NCBI GenBank assembly: GCA_036676985.1
Contig: JAKFBU010000076.1
Coordinates: 15,185-39,184, forward strand
Direction: 5' to 3'
DNA length: 24,000 nt
From: Candidatus Sericytochromatia bacterium
GTDB lineage: Bacteria; Cyanobacteriota; Sericytochromatia; S15B-MN24; UBA4093
The notes under the pieces were generated by a model that was not told the origin of the DNA, made no database searches, and saw nothing but the letters and a program-made list of their open reading frames with translations. The position numbers and the translations under genes were made by a program. Of this stretch, positions 15,729 through 22,949 are shown piece after piece. How positions within the stretch are numbered: the stretch's first letter is position 1; every line of letters begins with the position of its first letter.

Positions 15729-17192
15729 GTGAGGGGAGCTGGGAGGGACACCTTGGGCAACTATCTCATCATGCTGCTGCCCATCCTGGTCACGCAGATC
15801 GTCAGTCGGGTGGTGGTCCGCTATGGCGCGACCTTCGACGTGCCGAAGTATCCCGTGTCCCGCCACCGTATGGTGTGCTCCTTCTGCCTCTACGCGAGCC
15901 TCGCCGCCACCGTCTTCTTCTGGAAAGTGCCCGGGATCCACGCGAGCTGGACCTTTGCGACCCTGCTCCTGTTCGCTACCTCGCTGGAGGGGCACCTGCG
16001 CCTGGTCGAATCGCCCTTCTCGCTACGCCGCTGGTGGCCGCTCTACGGCCTCGTGGCGCTCGCCGCCGCCCTGGGCGTCGGCCTGACCTATCCCAATCCG
16101 ATCTACCTGTCCCTGTGGGCCGTCCTCGCCGTGCTCGCGCAGGGCGCCTCGGTCTTCGTCCTGACGCGTTCCGCTCTGCGCTCGTCGCCCGCGATCACCA
16201 TCATGGGGGCCTCGTATGCGGTGGGGATGGTGGCGGCGGCCATGACGCCCTGGGTGGCCTCGAACCTCTCGCACTTCCTGGTCGAGCTGCTCCTGGTCCT
16301 GGTCTCGCTCTCGGCCGTCCTCATGGCCATGGGCATGCTCAGCTTCGTGCTGGAGCGGACGGCCCAGCGCCTCCAGGACACCCAGGCGCGTATCTCGGCT
16401 GAGATCGACGAGCGTACGGCCGAGCTCCGGGCGGCCAACTCGCGGCTGCAGGAGCTCGATCGCCTCAAGGACCAGATCCTGAGCACGGTGAGCCACGAGC
16501 TGCGCACCCCGCTCGCCACCATCCGGGGCTACGGCGAGTTCCTGGAGGATGAGATCGCGGGCCCGCTCTCGGACGGCAACCGGGAGTACGTCCACAACAT
16601 CCTGGAGGCGACCCAGGTCGTCTCCCACAAGGTGGACGACCTCCTGGATCTCGCGGGCATCTCGGCCGGTAACTTCCGATTCGAGTTCGCGCCCTTCCGG
16701 TACGACGAGCTGCTGCGGCAGTTGGGCAGCCTCATGCATCCGATCCTGGCCAGGCGATCCCAGACCCTGCGCCTGCAGCATGCCGACGAGATCCCGCTGG
16801 TGGGCGATCGCCGCCGCATCCTGCAGGTGCTGGTCAACCTGGTCCAGAACGCCTCCAAGTTCTCGGCGGACGGCGCGGTCATCGAGGTCACAGCGGAGGT
16901 CGACGCCGAGGGCGTCACCACCCGCGTGTCGGATCAGGGCATCGGCATCCCCCCCGAGCAGCTCACGCGCATCTTCGAGGCCTTCTACCAGGTGGACAGC
17001 CACAGCACGCGGGTGCATGGCGGCATCGGGATGGGGCTGGCCATCGTGCGCAGCATGATCGAGGCCCACCGGGGACGCATCGAGGTCCGGAGTACCGAGG
17101 GCGAGGGCTCCACCTTCACCTTCCGTCTGCCTTACCTGCCCTTCGAGGAGCGTCGGGGGACGACGGCTCAACTGCCGGAAACCACCGTCTGA
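15729..17192 (+). CDS. Membrane sensor histidine kinase with a polytopic N-terminal domain
   Basis: The N-terminal region of roughly 210 aa has several hydrophobic helices. It is followed by a coiled coil, the H-box VSHELRTPLATIRGYGEFL, the N-box LVQNASKFS, and G-boxes DQGIGI and GIGMGLAIVRSMIEAHRG. The start is ambiguous: GTG 15729, TTG 15753 (5 nt after GGGAGGGA), or ATG 15771. Confidence 0.88.
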   Translation: MRGAGRDTLGNYLIMLLPILVTQIVSRVVVRYGATFDVPKYPVSRHRMVCSFCLYASLAATVFFWKVPGIHASWTFATLLLFATSLEGHLRLVESPFSLRRWWPLYGLVALAAALGVGLTYPNPIYLSLWAVLAVLAQGASVFVLTRSALRSSPAITIMGASYAVGMVAAAMTPWVASNLSHFLVELLLVLVSLSAVLMAMGMLSFVLERTAQRLQDTQARISAEIDERTAELRAANSRLQELDRLKDQILSTVSHELRTPLATIRGYGEFLEDEIAGPLSDGNREYVHNILEATQVVSHKVDDLLDLAGISAGNFRFEFAPFRYDELLRQLGSLMHPILARRSQTLRLQHADEIPLVGDRRRILQVLVNLVQNASKFSADGAVIEVTAEVDAEGVTTRVSDQGIGIPPEQLTRIFEAFYQVDSHSTRVHGGIGMGLAIVRSMIEAHRGRIEVRSTEGEGSTFTFRLPYLPFEERRGTTAQLPETTV

Positions 17193-17348
17193 CCTGAAGT
17201 TCGGTAGGTCCTACGGATGATCCTCCCGTTGCCCGGAGCTATGGTGAGGATGCGAGGAGGGAAGCCTGAAACGAACGAAATCGGACGGTTGAACACCCTC
17301 GAGGCGACACCGCCGCACAGAAATCGCCACCAGGCGCACCCCTCCCCT

Positions 17349-17378
17349 GACCCCCGCTGCACCCGCGGGGGTCTTTCT
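17349..17378 (+). terminator. Terminator-like hairpin about 155 nt downstream of the membrane histidine kinase
   Basis: GACCCCCGC (17349-17357) / GCGGGGGTC (17365-17373) with a 7-nt loop, followed by TTTCTATTT. Confidence 0.55.
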
Positions 17379-17380
17379 AT

Positions 17381-17800
17381 TTAAGGCACTTGCAGCGTGA
17401 CGCTGGCGGTCGTGTCGGCGTCCACCTGGGCGCTCGCCGTCGCCGAGTCGTCGCTGAGCCGCACCTCGTAGGGGCCCGTCTTCATGCGCTCGAAGCGCAC
17501 GACGCCCGAGGCGTCGGTCGTGCCGCTGATGACCGACGGACAGCGCAGCCCCGTGTAAACCAGGCGAGTGGCCGAGACGCCGACGTTTGCCTTGCCGACT
17601 CCGCCCGCATCGACCACGCGGACCTGCAGGGTGCCGACCGGAATCTCCGTCTGGGTGCGGTAGCCTGCCGCGACCTGGGGGCTGCAGCCGCCGGAGTCGG
17701 CGGCCGGCGAGCCGAACATGGTGCCGAGGCTCGAGCAGCCCGCCGTGACGACGAGGGCGGCGACGGCGAGGCCGACGAGGGCGTAAGGCTGGCGTGGCAT
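17381..17800 (-). CDS. Putative lipoprotein with a carboxypeptidase-regulatory-like or Ig-like beta domain
   Basis: Start taken at ATG 17800 after GGAAGGAGA. Signal and lipobox ALVGLAVAALVVTAGC. The segment GTLQVRVVDAGG...SGTTDASGVVRFERMKTGPYEVRL resembles CarboxypepD_reg-type domains. Confidence 0.68.
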   Translation of the reverse strand: MPRQPYALVGLAVAALVVTAGCSSLGTMFGSPAADSGGCSPQVAAGYRTQTEIPVGTLQVRVVDAGGVGKANVGVSATRLVYTGLRCPSVISGTTDASGVVRFERMKTGPYEVRLSDDSATASAQVDADTTASVTLQVP

Positions 17801-17937
17801 GGGGCATCTCCTTCCGAGGGGACTCATACCCGCCCGGCGAGCGCCCAACCCCCGCATGATCCACCGGGCGATCGTGGCCATGCGCGGGCCCCGGCAGTAC
17901 ACTGGAGGGACACGCAAGAAAAGGAGTTGTGACCAAG

Positions 17938-18282
17938 ATGGCCAAGTCGACCGTGATCGCCGAAGGAAAGGCGTGGCGCCTGCAGACCACGTGGGGCGAG
18001 TTCGCCGTGCCCGCCGGGACCGAGCAAGACTACGAGTCCACCTATGAGAAGCTGCGGGACCTGGTGGTCGAGCGCTTCGAGCAGATCGCCCAGGAGAACG
18101 GCGCCATGCTCGCCTGGATCCGTGAGACCGGCCAGGTGGTGGGCCCTCAGAACCCGGCCGCCGATCTGCTGAAGAACCTCGAGCCCTGGCGCCAGCAAGC
18201 CGAGCGCGAGGTGACGGAGAGCTGGCAGCGTGGGGAGATCGCCGCGGTCTACTCGGGCGGAGCCCCCAGCGAGGCCGAGTAG
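17938..18282 (+). CDS. Hypothetical acidic cytosolic protein (114 aa)
   Basis: ATG 17938 lies 11 nt after AAGGAG. High GC3 and no recognisable motif. Confidence 0.6.
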   Translation: MAKSTVIAEGKAWRLQTTWGEFAVPAGTEQDYESTYEKLRDLVVERFEQIAQENGAMLAWIRETGQVVGPQNPAADLLKNLEPWRQQAEREVTESWQRGEIAAVYSGGAPSEAE

Positions 18283-18400
18283 CGCCCGCTTCCTGGACCC
18301 TCGGACCCGCTTGCGTTAAGCTGAAGCCATCTGGCGACGATCTGTCGCTGTTTGGTCACGGCAGCCTCCCTGCGAGGCCGGCAAGCGCACCGAGGGTCTC

Positions 18401-18763
18401 ATGTCCAAGTCGTCGTTCGAGTTCCTGATGATGGTGGTCGGCGTCGCGGCCATCGTGATGACGTCCGCGACCCTGTACTACCTGGGGACGGCCTTCGTTC
18501 CGGGCGTCCTCCTCTTCGTGCCCCTGTTCGGCATGGCCGGGCTCGTGCTCGCGCCCTTCCATCGGCGCCACTACGATGCGGACTGGTGGGACCTGGGCAC
18601 GCCCCGCCTGAGCGAAGAGGACCCGCCCCTCTGGCAGATCGCGAGCCTCTCGGTGGTGCTCGTGTGCCTCCTGCTCTGGGTCGCCAACCCCGTCGTGTAC
18701 TACCCCGGCGAGGTCAGCCTCCCCATCCGCTACGTTACCGAGGGCCTGAGTCAGGAGCGCTGA
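18401..18763 (+). CDS. Hypothetical membrane protein (about 3 TM segments)
   Basis: 120 aa with GAGGG 5 nt before the ATG. Hydrophobic stretches are FLMMVVGVAAIVMTSATLYYL, VLLFVPLFGMAGLVLAPF and IASLSVVLVCLLLWVA. Confidence 0.62.
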   Translation: MSKSSFEFLMMVVGVAAIVMTSATLYYLGTAFVPGVLLFVPLFGMAGLVLAPFHRRHYDADWWDLGTPRLSEEDPPLWQIASLSVVLVCLLLWVANPVVYYPGEVSLPIRYVTEGLSQER

Positions 18764-18773
18764 GCCACGCGCC

Positions 18774-19214
18774 TCACGGCTCCAGGGAGACGAGGGACCA
18801 GTGGGGGTAGCGCTCGTTGGCGTAGGCGAGCGCCTCCTCCAGCCGGTTGAAGTCCCGCTGGTGGCGCGGCAGCTCCTGCTCCACCACCGTGAACCAGTCC
18901 GGGGTCTGGGCGATGTAGACCTGGATCCGGTCCTTCTGCTTGACCGAGTAGCTCCAGTTCGACTTGGAGAAGGCCCGATCCCCCAGCGTCGCCTTGCTCT
19001 TGGGCGCCGCCATGCGCGTGGGAACGGCCAGGTACGTGCGCTGTGCCTCCTCGTCCCAGCGGAGGGAGCCCGCGGATCCGGCGCTGCTCAGGGCGAGCGG
19101 CCGATAGATCGCCTTGGCCGTGTCCAGTGGCGGCCGGTCGGTGGGAAGGGAACTGCAGGCGCCAAGGGCGAGGGCGATCAGGGCGCCCCCGATATAGGGA
19201 TGGCTCAGTCTCAT
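18774..19214 (-). CDS. Putative lipoprotein (146 aa), unknown function
   Basis: RBS GAAGGAGG. Signal and lipobox GGALIALALGAC. Its end lies 10 nt from the convergent membrane-protein gene. Confidence 0.68.
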   Translation of the reverse strand: MRLSHPYIGGALIALALGACSSLPTDRPPLDTAKAIYRPLALSSAGSAGSLRWDEEAQRTYLAVPTRMAAPKSKATLGDRAFSKSNWSYSVKQKDRIQVYIAQTPDWFTVVEQELPRHQRDFNRLEEALAYANERYPHWSLVSLEP

Positions 19215-19276
19215 GGGGCCTCCTTCGAAAAGCAGATCAGTAACGATAATTCGTTTTCATATCAAGCTAGCAAGTT

Positions 19277-19305
19277 TTGTGCGAAATGAAAAGAGCGAGT
19301 ACGAT
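19277..19305 (+). promoter_or_regulatory. Candidate ggt promoter
   Basis: TTGTGC (19277-19282), a 17-nt spacer, then TACGAT (19300-19305), within a relatively AT-rich divergent intergenic region. It rests on pattern match only. Confidence 0.3.
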
Positions 19306-19343
19306 GAGGGCGTGCCCGCTTGATTCATGAAGGAGTCCTCCGC

Positions 19344-21059
19344 GTGTCCACCAAGTCGGTCGTTGCCTCGCTCACCCTCTCGGCCCTCTTACTCGTCTCC
19401 ACGGTCGCCTCGGCTGCTCCCGTCCCCGCCCAGTGGGCCTTTCCGGCCGATGGCCCTCCCGTGAAGGCCAAGCACGGCATGGTCTCGAGCGTCTCACCCA
19501 TCGCGAGCAAGGTCGGCGTCGAGATCCTCAAGCAGGGCGGCAACGCCATCGACGCGGCGGTCGCCGTGGCCTTCGCCATGGCCGTCACCTGGCCGGAGGC
19601 GGGCAACGTGGGCGGCGGCGGCTTCCTGGTCATGCGCGACAAGGAGGGCAAGAACTACGCCCTCGACTACCGCGAGACGGCCCCCGCCAAGGCCACGCGC
19701 GACATGTTCCTCGACGAGAAGGGCGAGGTGACCGACAAGGGCCTCGTCACGCGCCTCGGCGCCGGAACCCCCGGCACGGTCTGGGGCATGTACGAGGTGC
19801 ACCGCAAGTTCGGGCGCATGGCATGGCCCGACCTCCTGGCCCCCGCCATCAAGCTCGCCCATGAGGGCTTCCTCGTGGACAAGGGCCTCGCGGCCTCGCT
19901 CGAGAAGTACCAGGCGGATCTGCGCCGGGACGACGAGGCGGCGCGCATCTTCCTCAAGGACGGTCAGCCCCTCAAGGTGGGCGATCGCCTCCAGCAGCCC
20001 GATCTGGCCCGCACGCTGCGCCTCGTCTCGAACCGCGGCCCCGAGGGCTTCTACCAGGGTCCCGTCGCCGAGGCGTTCGACGAGGACATGGCCGACAACG
20101 GCGGCATCATGACGGCAGCCGACCTCGCCGCCTACCGTCCCAAGTGGCGCGAGCCCATCGCCTTCACCTACCGCGGCCTCAAGGTCGTGAGCATGCCGCC
20201 TCCGAGCTCGGGCGGCTTCCTCCTGGCCTCCATCCTCAAGATGGTGGAGAAGGACGACGTCAAGAAGTTGGGCTGGCACAGCCCCGGCCACATCCACCTC
20301 ATCGCCGAGGCCGAGCGGCGCGCCTTCGCGGATCGCAACGAGTACCTGGGCGACCCCGACCACCTCTCCATCCCGCTCAAGCGCATGCTCGATCCCACCT
20401 ACCTCCAGCAGCGCCGCGCCACGGTGGATCCCGCCAAGGCGACCCCCGAGTTCTCCACCCAGCCGGGCCTCGCGGAGCGTGAGGAGACGACCCACTTCGT
20501 GGTGGCGGACGCCTTGGGCAACGTCGTGAGCAACACCTACACCCTCAACGGCGCCTACGGCAGCTGCATCGTCGTGCCCGGCACGGGCGTCCTGCTCAAC
20601 AACGAGATGGACGACTTCACGGCCAAGCCCGGCTCCCCCAACCTGTTCGGGCTGGTGCAGGGCGAGAAGAACGCGATCGCCCCCAAGAAGCGCATGCTGA
20701 GCTCCATGTCGCCCACGCTGGTGCTGGACGCCAAGGGCAACTTCCGCATGGCGGTGGGCTCGCCCGGCGGCTCCACCATCCCGACCACCACCCTCCAGGT
20801 CCTCATGAACTACTTCGACTTCGGCATGAACGTCCGCCAGGCCGTGGTCGCGCCGCGCTTCCACCATCAGGGGCTGCCCCAGTCCATCGACGTGGAGCCC
20901 GCCGGCTTCGATCCCGCCACGCTGAAGGCGCTGGAGGGCATGGGTCATCCCCTGCGCGAGCGCTACCTTGGAGACGCGCAGGCGATCGTCCGCAAGCCCG
21001 ACGGCAGCTTCGAGGGCTGGGCCGATCCGCGCAAGGGCGGCCTCGCGGTCGGCTACTAA
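19344..21059 (+). CDS. ggt: Gamma-glutamyltranspeptidase
   Basis: Start taken at GTG 19344, 8 nt after GAAGGAG, followed by a signal peptide (VVASLTLSALLLVSTVASA). Motifs include GGNAIDAAVA, the autoprocessing and catalytic Thr context EETTHFVVAD, and GSPGGSTI. Confidence 0.95.
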   Translation: MSTKSVVASLTLSALLLVSTVASAAPVPAQWAFPADGPPVKAKHGMVSSVSPIASKVGVEILKQGGNAIDAAVAVAFAMAVTWPEAGNVGGGGFLVMRDKEGKNYALDYRETAPAKATRDMFLDEKGEVTDKGLVTRLGAGTPGTVWGMYEVHRKFGRMAWPDLLAPAIKLAHEGFLVDKGLAASLEKYQADLRRDDEAARIFLKDGQPLKVGDRLQQPDLARTLRLVSNRGPEGFYQGPVAEAFDEDMADNGGIMTAADLAAYRPKWREPIAFTYRGLKVVSMPPPSSGGFLLASILKMVEKDDVKKLGWHSPGHIHLIAEAERRAFADRNEYLGDPDHLSIPLKRMLDPTYLQQRRATVDPAKATPEFSTQPGLAEREETTHFVVADALGNVVSNTYTLNGAYGSCIVVPGTGVLLNNEMDDFTAKPGSPNLFGLVQGEKNAIAPKKRMLSSMSPTLVLDAKGNFRMAVGSPGGSTIPTTTLQVLMNYFDFGMNVRQAVVAPRFHHQGLPQSIDVEPAGFDPATLKALEGMGHPLRERYLGDAQAIVRKPDGSFEGWADPRKGGLAVGY

Positions 21060-21078
21060 GCCCACCATTCGCCACTTC

Positions 21079-21110
21079 AGGCCCTCCTCTTGTTCGAGGA
21101 GGGCCTTCTT
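21079..21110 (+). terminator. Terminator-like hairpin after ggt
   Basis: AGGCCCTCCTC (21079-21089) / GAGGAGGGCCT (21096-21106) with a 6-nt loop, followed by TCTT. Confidence 0.6.
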
Positions 21111-21144
21111 GCTGGGCCCGGAGGGGCGAGAGCGGCGGAGATCG

Positions 21145-21153
21145 TGATAAAAT
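21145..21153 (+). promoter_or_regulatory. Extended -10 promoter element (TGaTAAAAT) immediately upstream of queD
   Basis: TG at 21145-21146 and TAAAAT at 21148-21153. Only 6 nt (GGGGGC) separate it from the queD ATG at 21160. This implies a leaderless or near-leaderless transcript. Confidence 0.4.
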
Positions 21154-21159
21154 GGGGGC

Positions 21160-21504
21160 ATGTACAGGCTCACCAAACGACTGAAATTCGAGGCCGCGCA
21201 TCGCATCCCGGGGCATCCCGGCAAGTGCGATCGCCTGCATGGCCACACCTACTTCGTGGACGTCGAGGTCAAGGGCACCGATCTCGACGCCCTGGGGATC
21301 CTGATCGACTTCAACCACCTCAAGGAGCTCGAAGCGCTCCTGCCCGACCACACCTACCTCAACGAGACGCTGCCGGGCATCCAGACCACCGCGGAGGGGC
21401 TGTCCAGGCACTTCTTCCAGGTCTTCAAGGAGCGCCTCCCCGAGGTCGCGGCCGTGACCGTGCACGAGGGGCCCAACTCCTGGTGCCGCTTCGAGGAGGC
21501 GTAG
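21160..21504 (+). CDS. queD: 6-carboxy-5,6,7,8-tetrahydropterin synthase
   Basis: 114 aa. FEAAHRIPGHPGKCDRLHGHTY is the QueD/PTPS zinc and catalytic motif. Confidence 0.95.
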   Translation: MYRLTKRLKFEAAHRIPGHPGKCDRLHGHTYFVDVEVKGTDLDALGILIDFNHLKELEALLPDHTYLNETLPGIQTTAEGLSRHFFQVFKERLPEVAAVTVHEGPNSWCRFEEA

Positions 21505-21505
21505 G

Positions 21506-22210
21506 ATGGCCGTGGAAGCGAAGCCCGTGACCCTCGAGGTCTGCGAGATCTTCACCAGCATCCAGGGCGAGGGCACCCGCATCGGCGTGCCGAGCACCTT
21601 CGTGCGGCTCCTGCGCTGCAACCTGCACTGCGCCTGGTGCGACACCACCTATAGCTGGAAGGACGGCGAACGGGTCGAGGGCGTCCAGATGTCCCCCGAG
21701 GCCATCCTGCGCGAGGTCCACGCCCGCGACGTGGTGCTCACGGGTGGCGAGCCCATGTTGCAGGACTTGTCGCCCTTGCTCGCCCTCATGGGCGATCGCC
21801 ACGTCACCGTCGAGACCAACGGCACCATCTTCAAGGCCTACGACCGGGTCAACCTCTGGAGCATCAGCCCCAAGCTCGGCTCGAGCGGCCACAAGCCCAA
21901 CAAGCGGGTCCTCGGCGAGTTCGTCGCGCACTACGGCCACAAGCTGCAGCTCAAGTTCGTCGTCGGCGGTCCTGCCGACCTCCAGGCCGTCAAGGACCTG
22001 CTCGAGGAGCTGCCCGAGGTGGCCGAGCGCGCCATTCCCGTCATCCTGCAGCCCGTCGGCAGCCCGACGCAGGGTGCGGGCGATTACCTGGAGGGCATGC
22101 GCCGCCTGATCGAGGAGGAGCTCCTGGTCGATGGCGCCTGGGCCAGGTACAACTGGCGCTTCCTGCCCCAGTTCCACCGTCTCCTCTGGGGAGACAAGCG
22201 AGGGATCTAA
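21506..22210 (+). CDS. queE: 7-carboxy-7-deazaguanine synthase (radical SAM)
   Basis: 234 aa. FTSIQGEGTRIGVPSTFVRLLRCNLHCAWCDT carries the QueE radical-SAM cluster motif. The start lies 1 nt after the queD stop, with GAGGAGG inside the queD 3' end. Confidence 0.95.
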   Translation: MAVEAKPVTLEVCEIFTSIQGEGTRIGVPSTFVRLLRCNLHCAWCDTTYSWKDGERVEGVQMSPEAILREVHARDVVLTGGEPMLQDLSPLLALMGDRHVTVETNGTIFKAYDRVNLWSISPKLGSSGHKPNKRVLGEFVAHYGHKLQLKFVVGGPADLQAVKDLLEELPEVAERAIPVILQPVGSPTQGAGDYLEGMRRLIEEELLVDGAWARYNWRFLPQFHRLLWGDKRGI

Positions 22211-22890
22211 TGTCGAAGAAAGCCGTCGTCCTGCTGTCCGGTGGTCTGGACAGCACCACCTGCGCGTATCTCGCCAAGGCCCAGGGCTACGAGGTCTACG
22301 CCCTCTCCTTCGACTACGGCCAGCGCCTCGCCCGCGAGCTCGACTCGGCCAAGGCCGTCGCCCAGGCCGTGGGGGCCGCCGAGCACATCGTCATGAAGTT
22401 CGACCTCACGCGCTGGGGTGGCTCGGCCCTCACGCAGGCGGACCTCGCGGTGCCGACGGGCCGCGAGACGGCCGAGATGGAGGAGAGCATCCCCGTCACC
22501 TACGTGCCGGGCCGCAACATCCTCTTTTTGAGCTTCGGCGTCTCCTACGCCGAGGCCAAGGGTGCCGAGGCCATCTTCATCGGGGTGAACGCCCTCGACT
22601 ACTCGGGCTATCCCGACTGCCGCCCCGAGTTCATCGCCGCCTACCAGGAGGCCGTTCGCCTCGGGACCAAGGCGGGCGTCGAGGGCCGGCCCATCCGCAT
22701 CGAGACGCCGCTTCTGCACTGGACCAAGGCCGAGATCATCCGGCATGGGCTCGAGGCGGGCGCCGACTACGGCCTCACGTGGTCCTGCTACCAGGGTGGG
22801 GCCGTGCCCTGCGGCGAGTGCGACTCCTGCAAGCTCAGGGCCAAGGGCTTCGCCGAGGCGGGCGTCCGGGACGCGGCCCTACCCGTCTAA
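22210..22890 (+). CDS. queC: 7-cyano-7-deazaguanine (preQ0) synthase
   Basis: 226 aa. Contains the PP-loop VVLLSGGLDSTT and the C-terminal zinc cysteines CYQG...CGECDSC. The start overlaps the queE stop as TAATG. Confidence 0.95.
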   Translation: MSKKAVVLLSGGLDSTTCAYLAKAQGYEVYALSFDYGQRLARELDSAKAVAQAVGAAEHIVMKFDLTRWGGSALTQADLAVPTGRETAEMEESIPVTYVPGRNILFLSFGVSYAEAKGAEAIFIGVNALDYSGYPDCRPEFIAAYQEAVRLGTKAGVEGRPIRIETPLLHWTKAEIIRHGLEAGADYGLTWSCYQGGAVPCGECDSCKLRAKGFAEAGVRDAALPV

Positions 22891-22902
22891 GGTCTCCCAG
22901 GA

Positions 22903-22936
22903 AAGAGGGCGCTTCCTGTTCAGGAAGCGCCCTCTT
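22903..22936. terminator. Hairpin between convergent queC and the PLD-family gene, positioned to act as a bidirectional terminator
   Basis: AAGAGGGCGCTTCCTG (22903-22918) and CAGGAAGCGCCCTCTT (22921-22936) are exact 16-bp reverse complements, with A/T-containing flanks on both sides. Confidence 0.7.
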
Positions 22937-22949
22937 GTCGTCTGTGCCG

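Noticed and set aside
21111-21159. preQ1 riboswitch upstream of queD, and similarly upstream of folE at 15041-15095.
   Set aside because: I could not build the preQ1-I short P1 stem, A-rich tail and pseudoknot, or a preQ1-II or -III architecture, from either sequence. The folE leader has a superficially similar AACCC...A-rich...GAGG stretch but no complementary P1 5' strand. Only a covariance-model scan could overturn this.
12309-22890. Dpd-like 7-deazaguanine DNA-modification island, suggested by folE plus queCDE near a DNA methyltransferase.
   Set aside because: No tgt-like dpdA, ParB-like dpdB, helicase or other Dpd-type genes are present. The methyltransferase is a SAM-dependent N6-adenine enzyme in a separate operon on the opposite strand. 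The que genes look like the standard preQ0 set.
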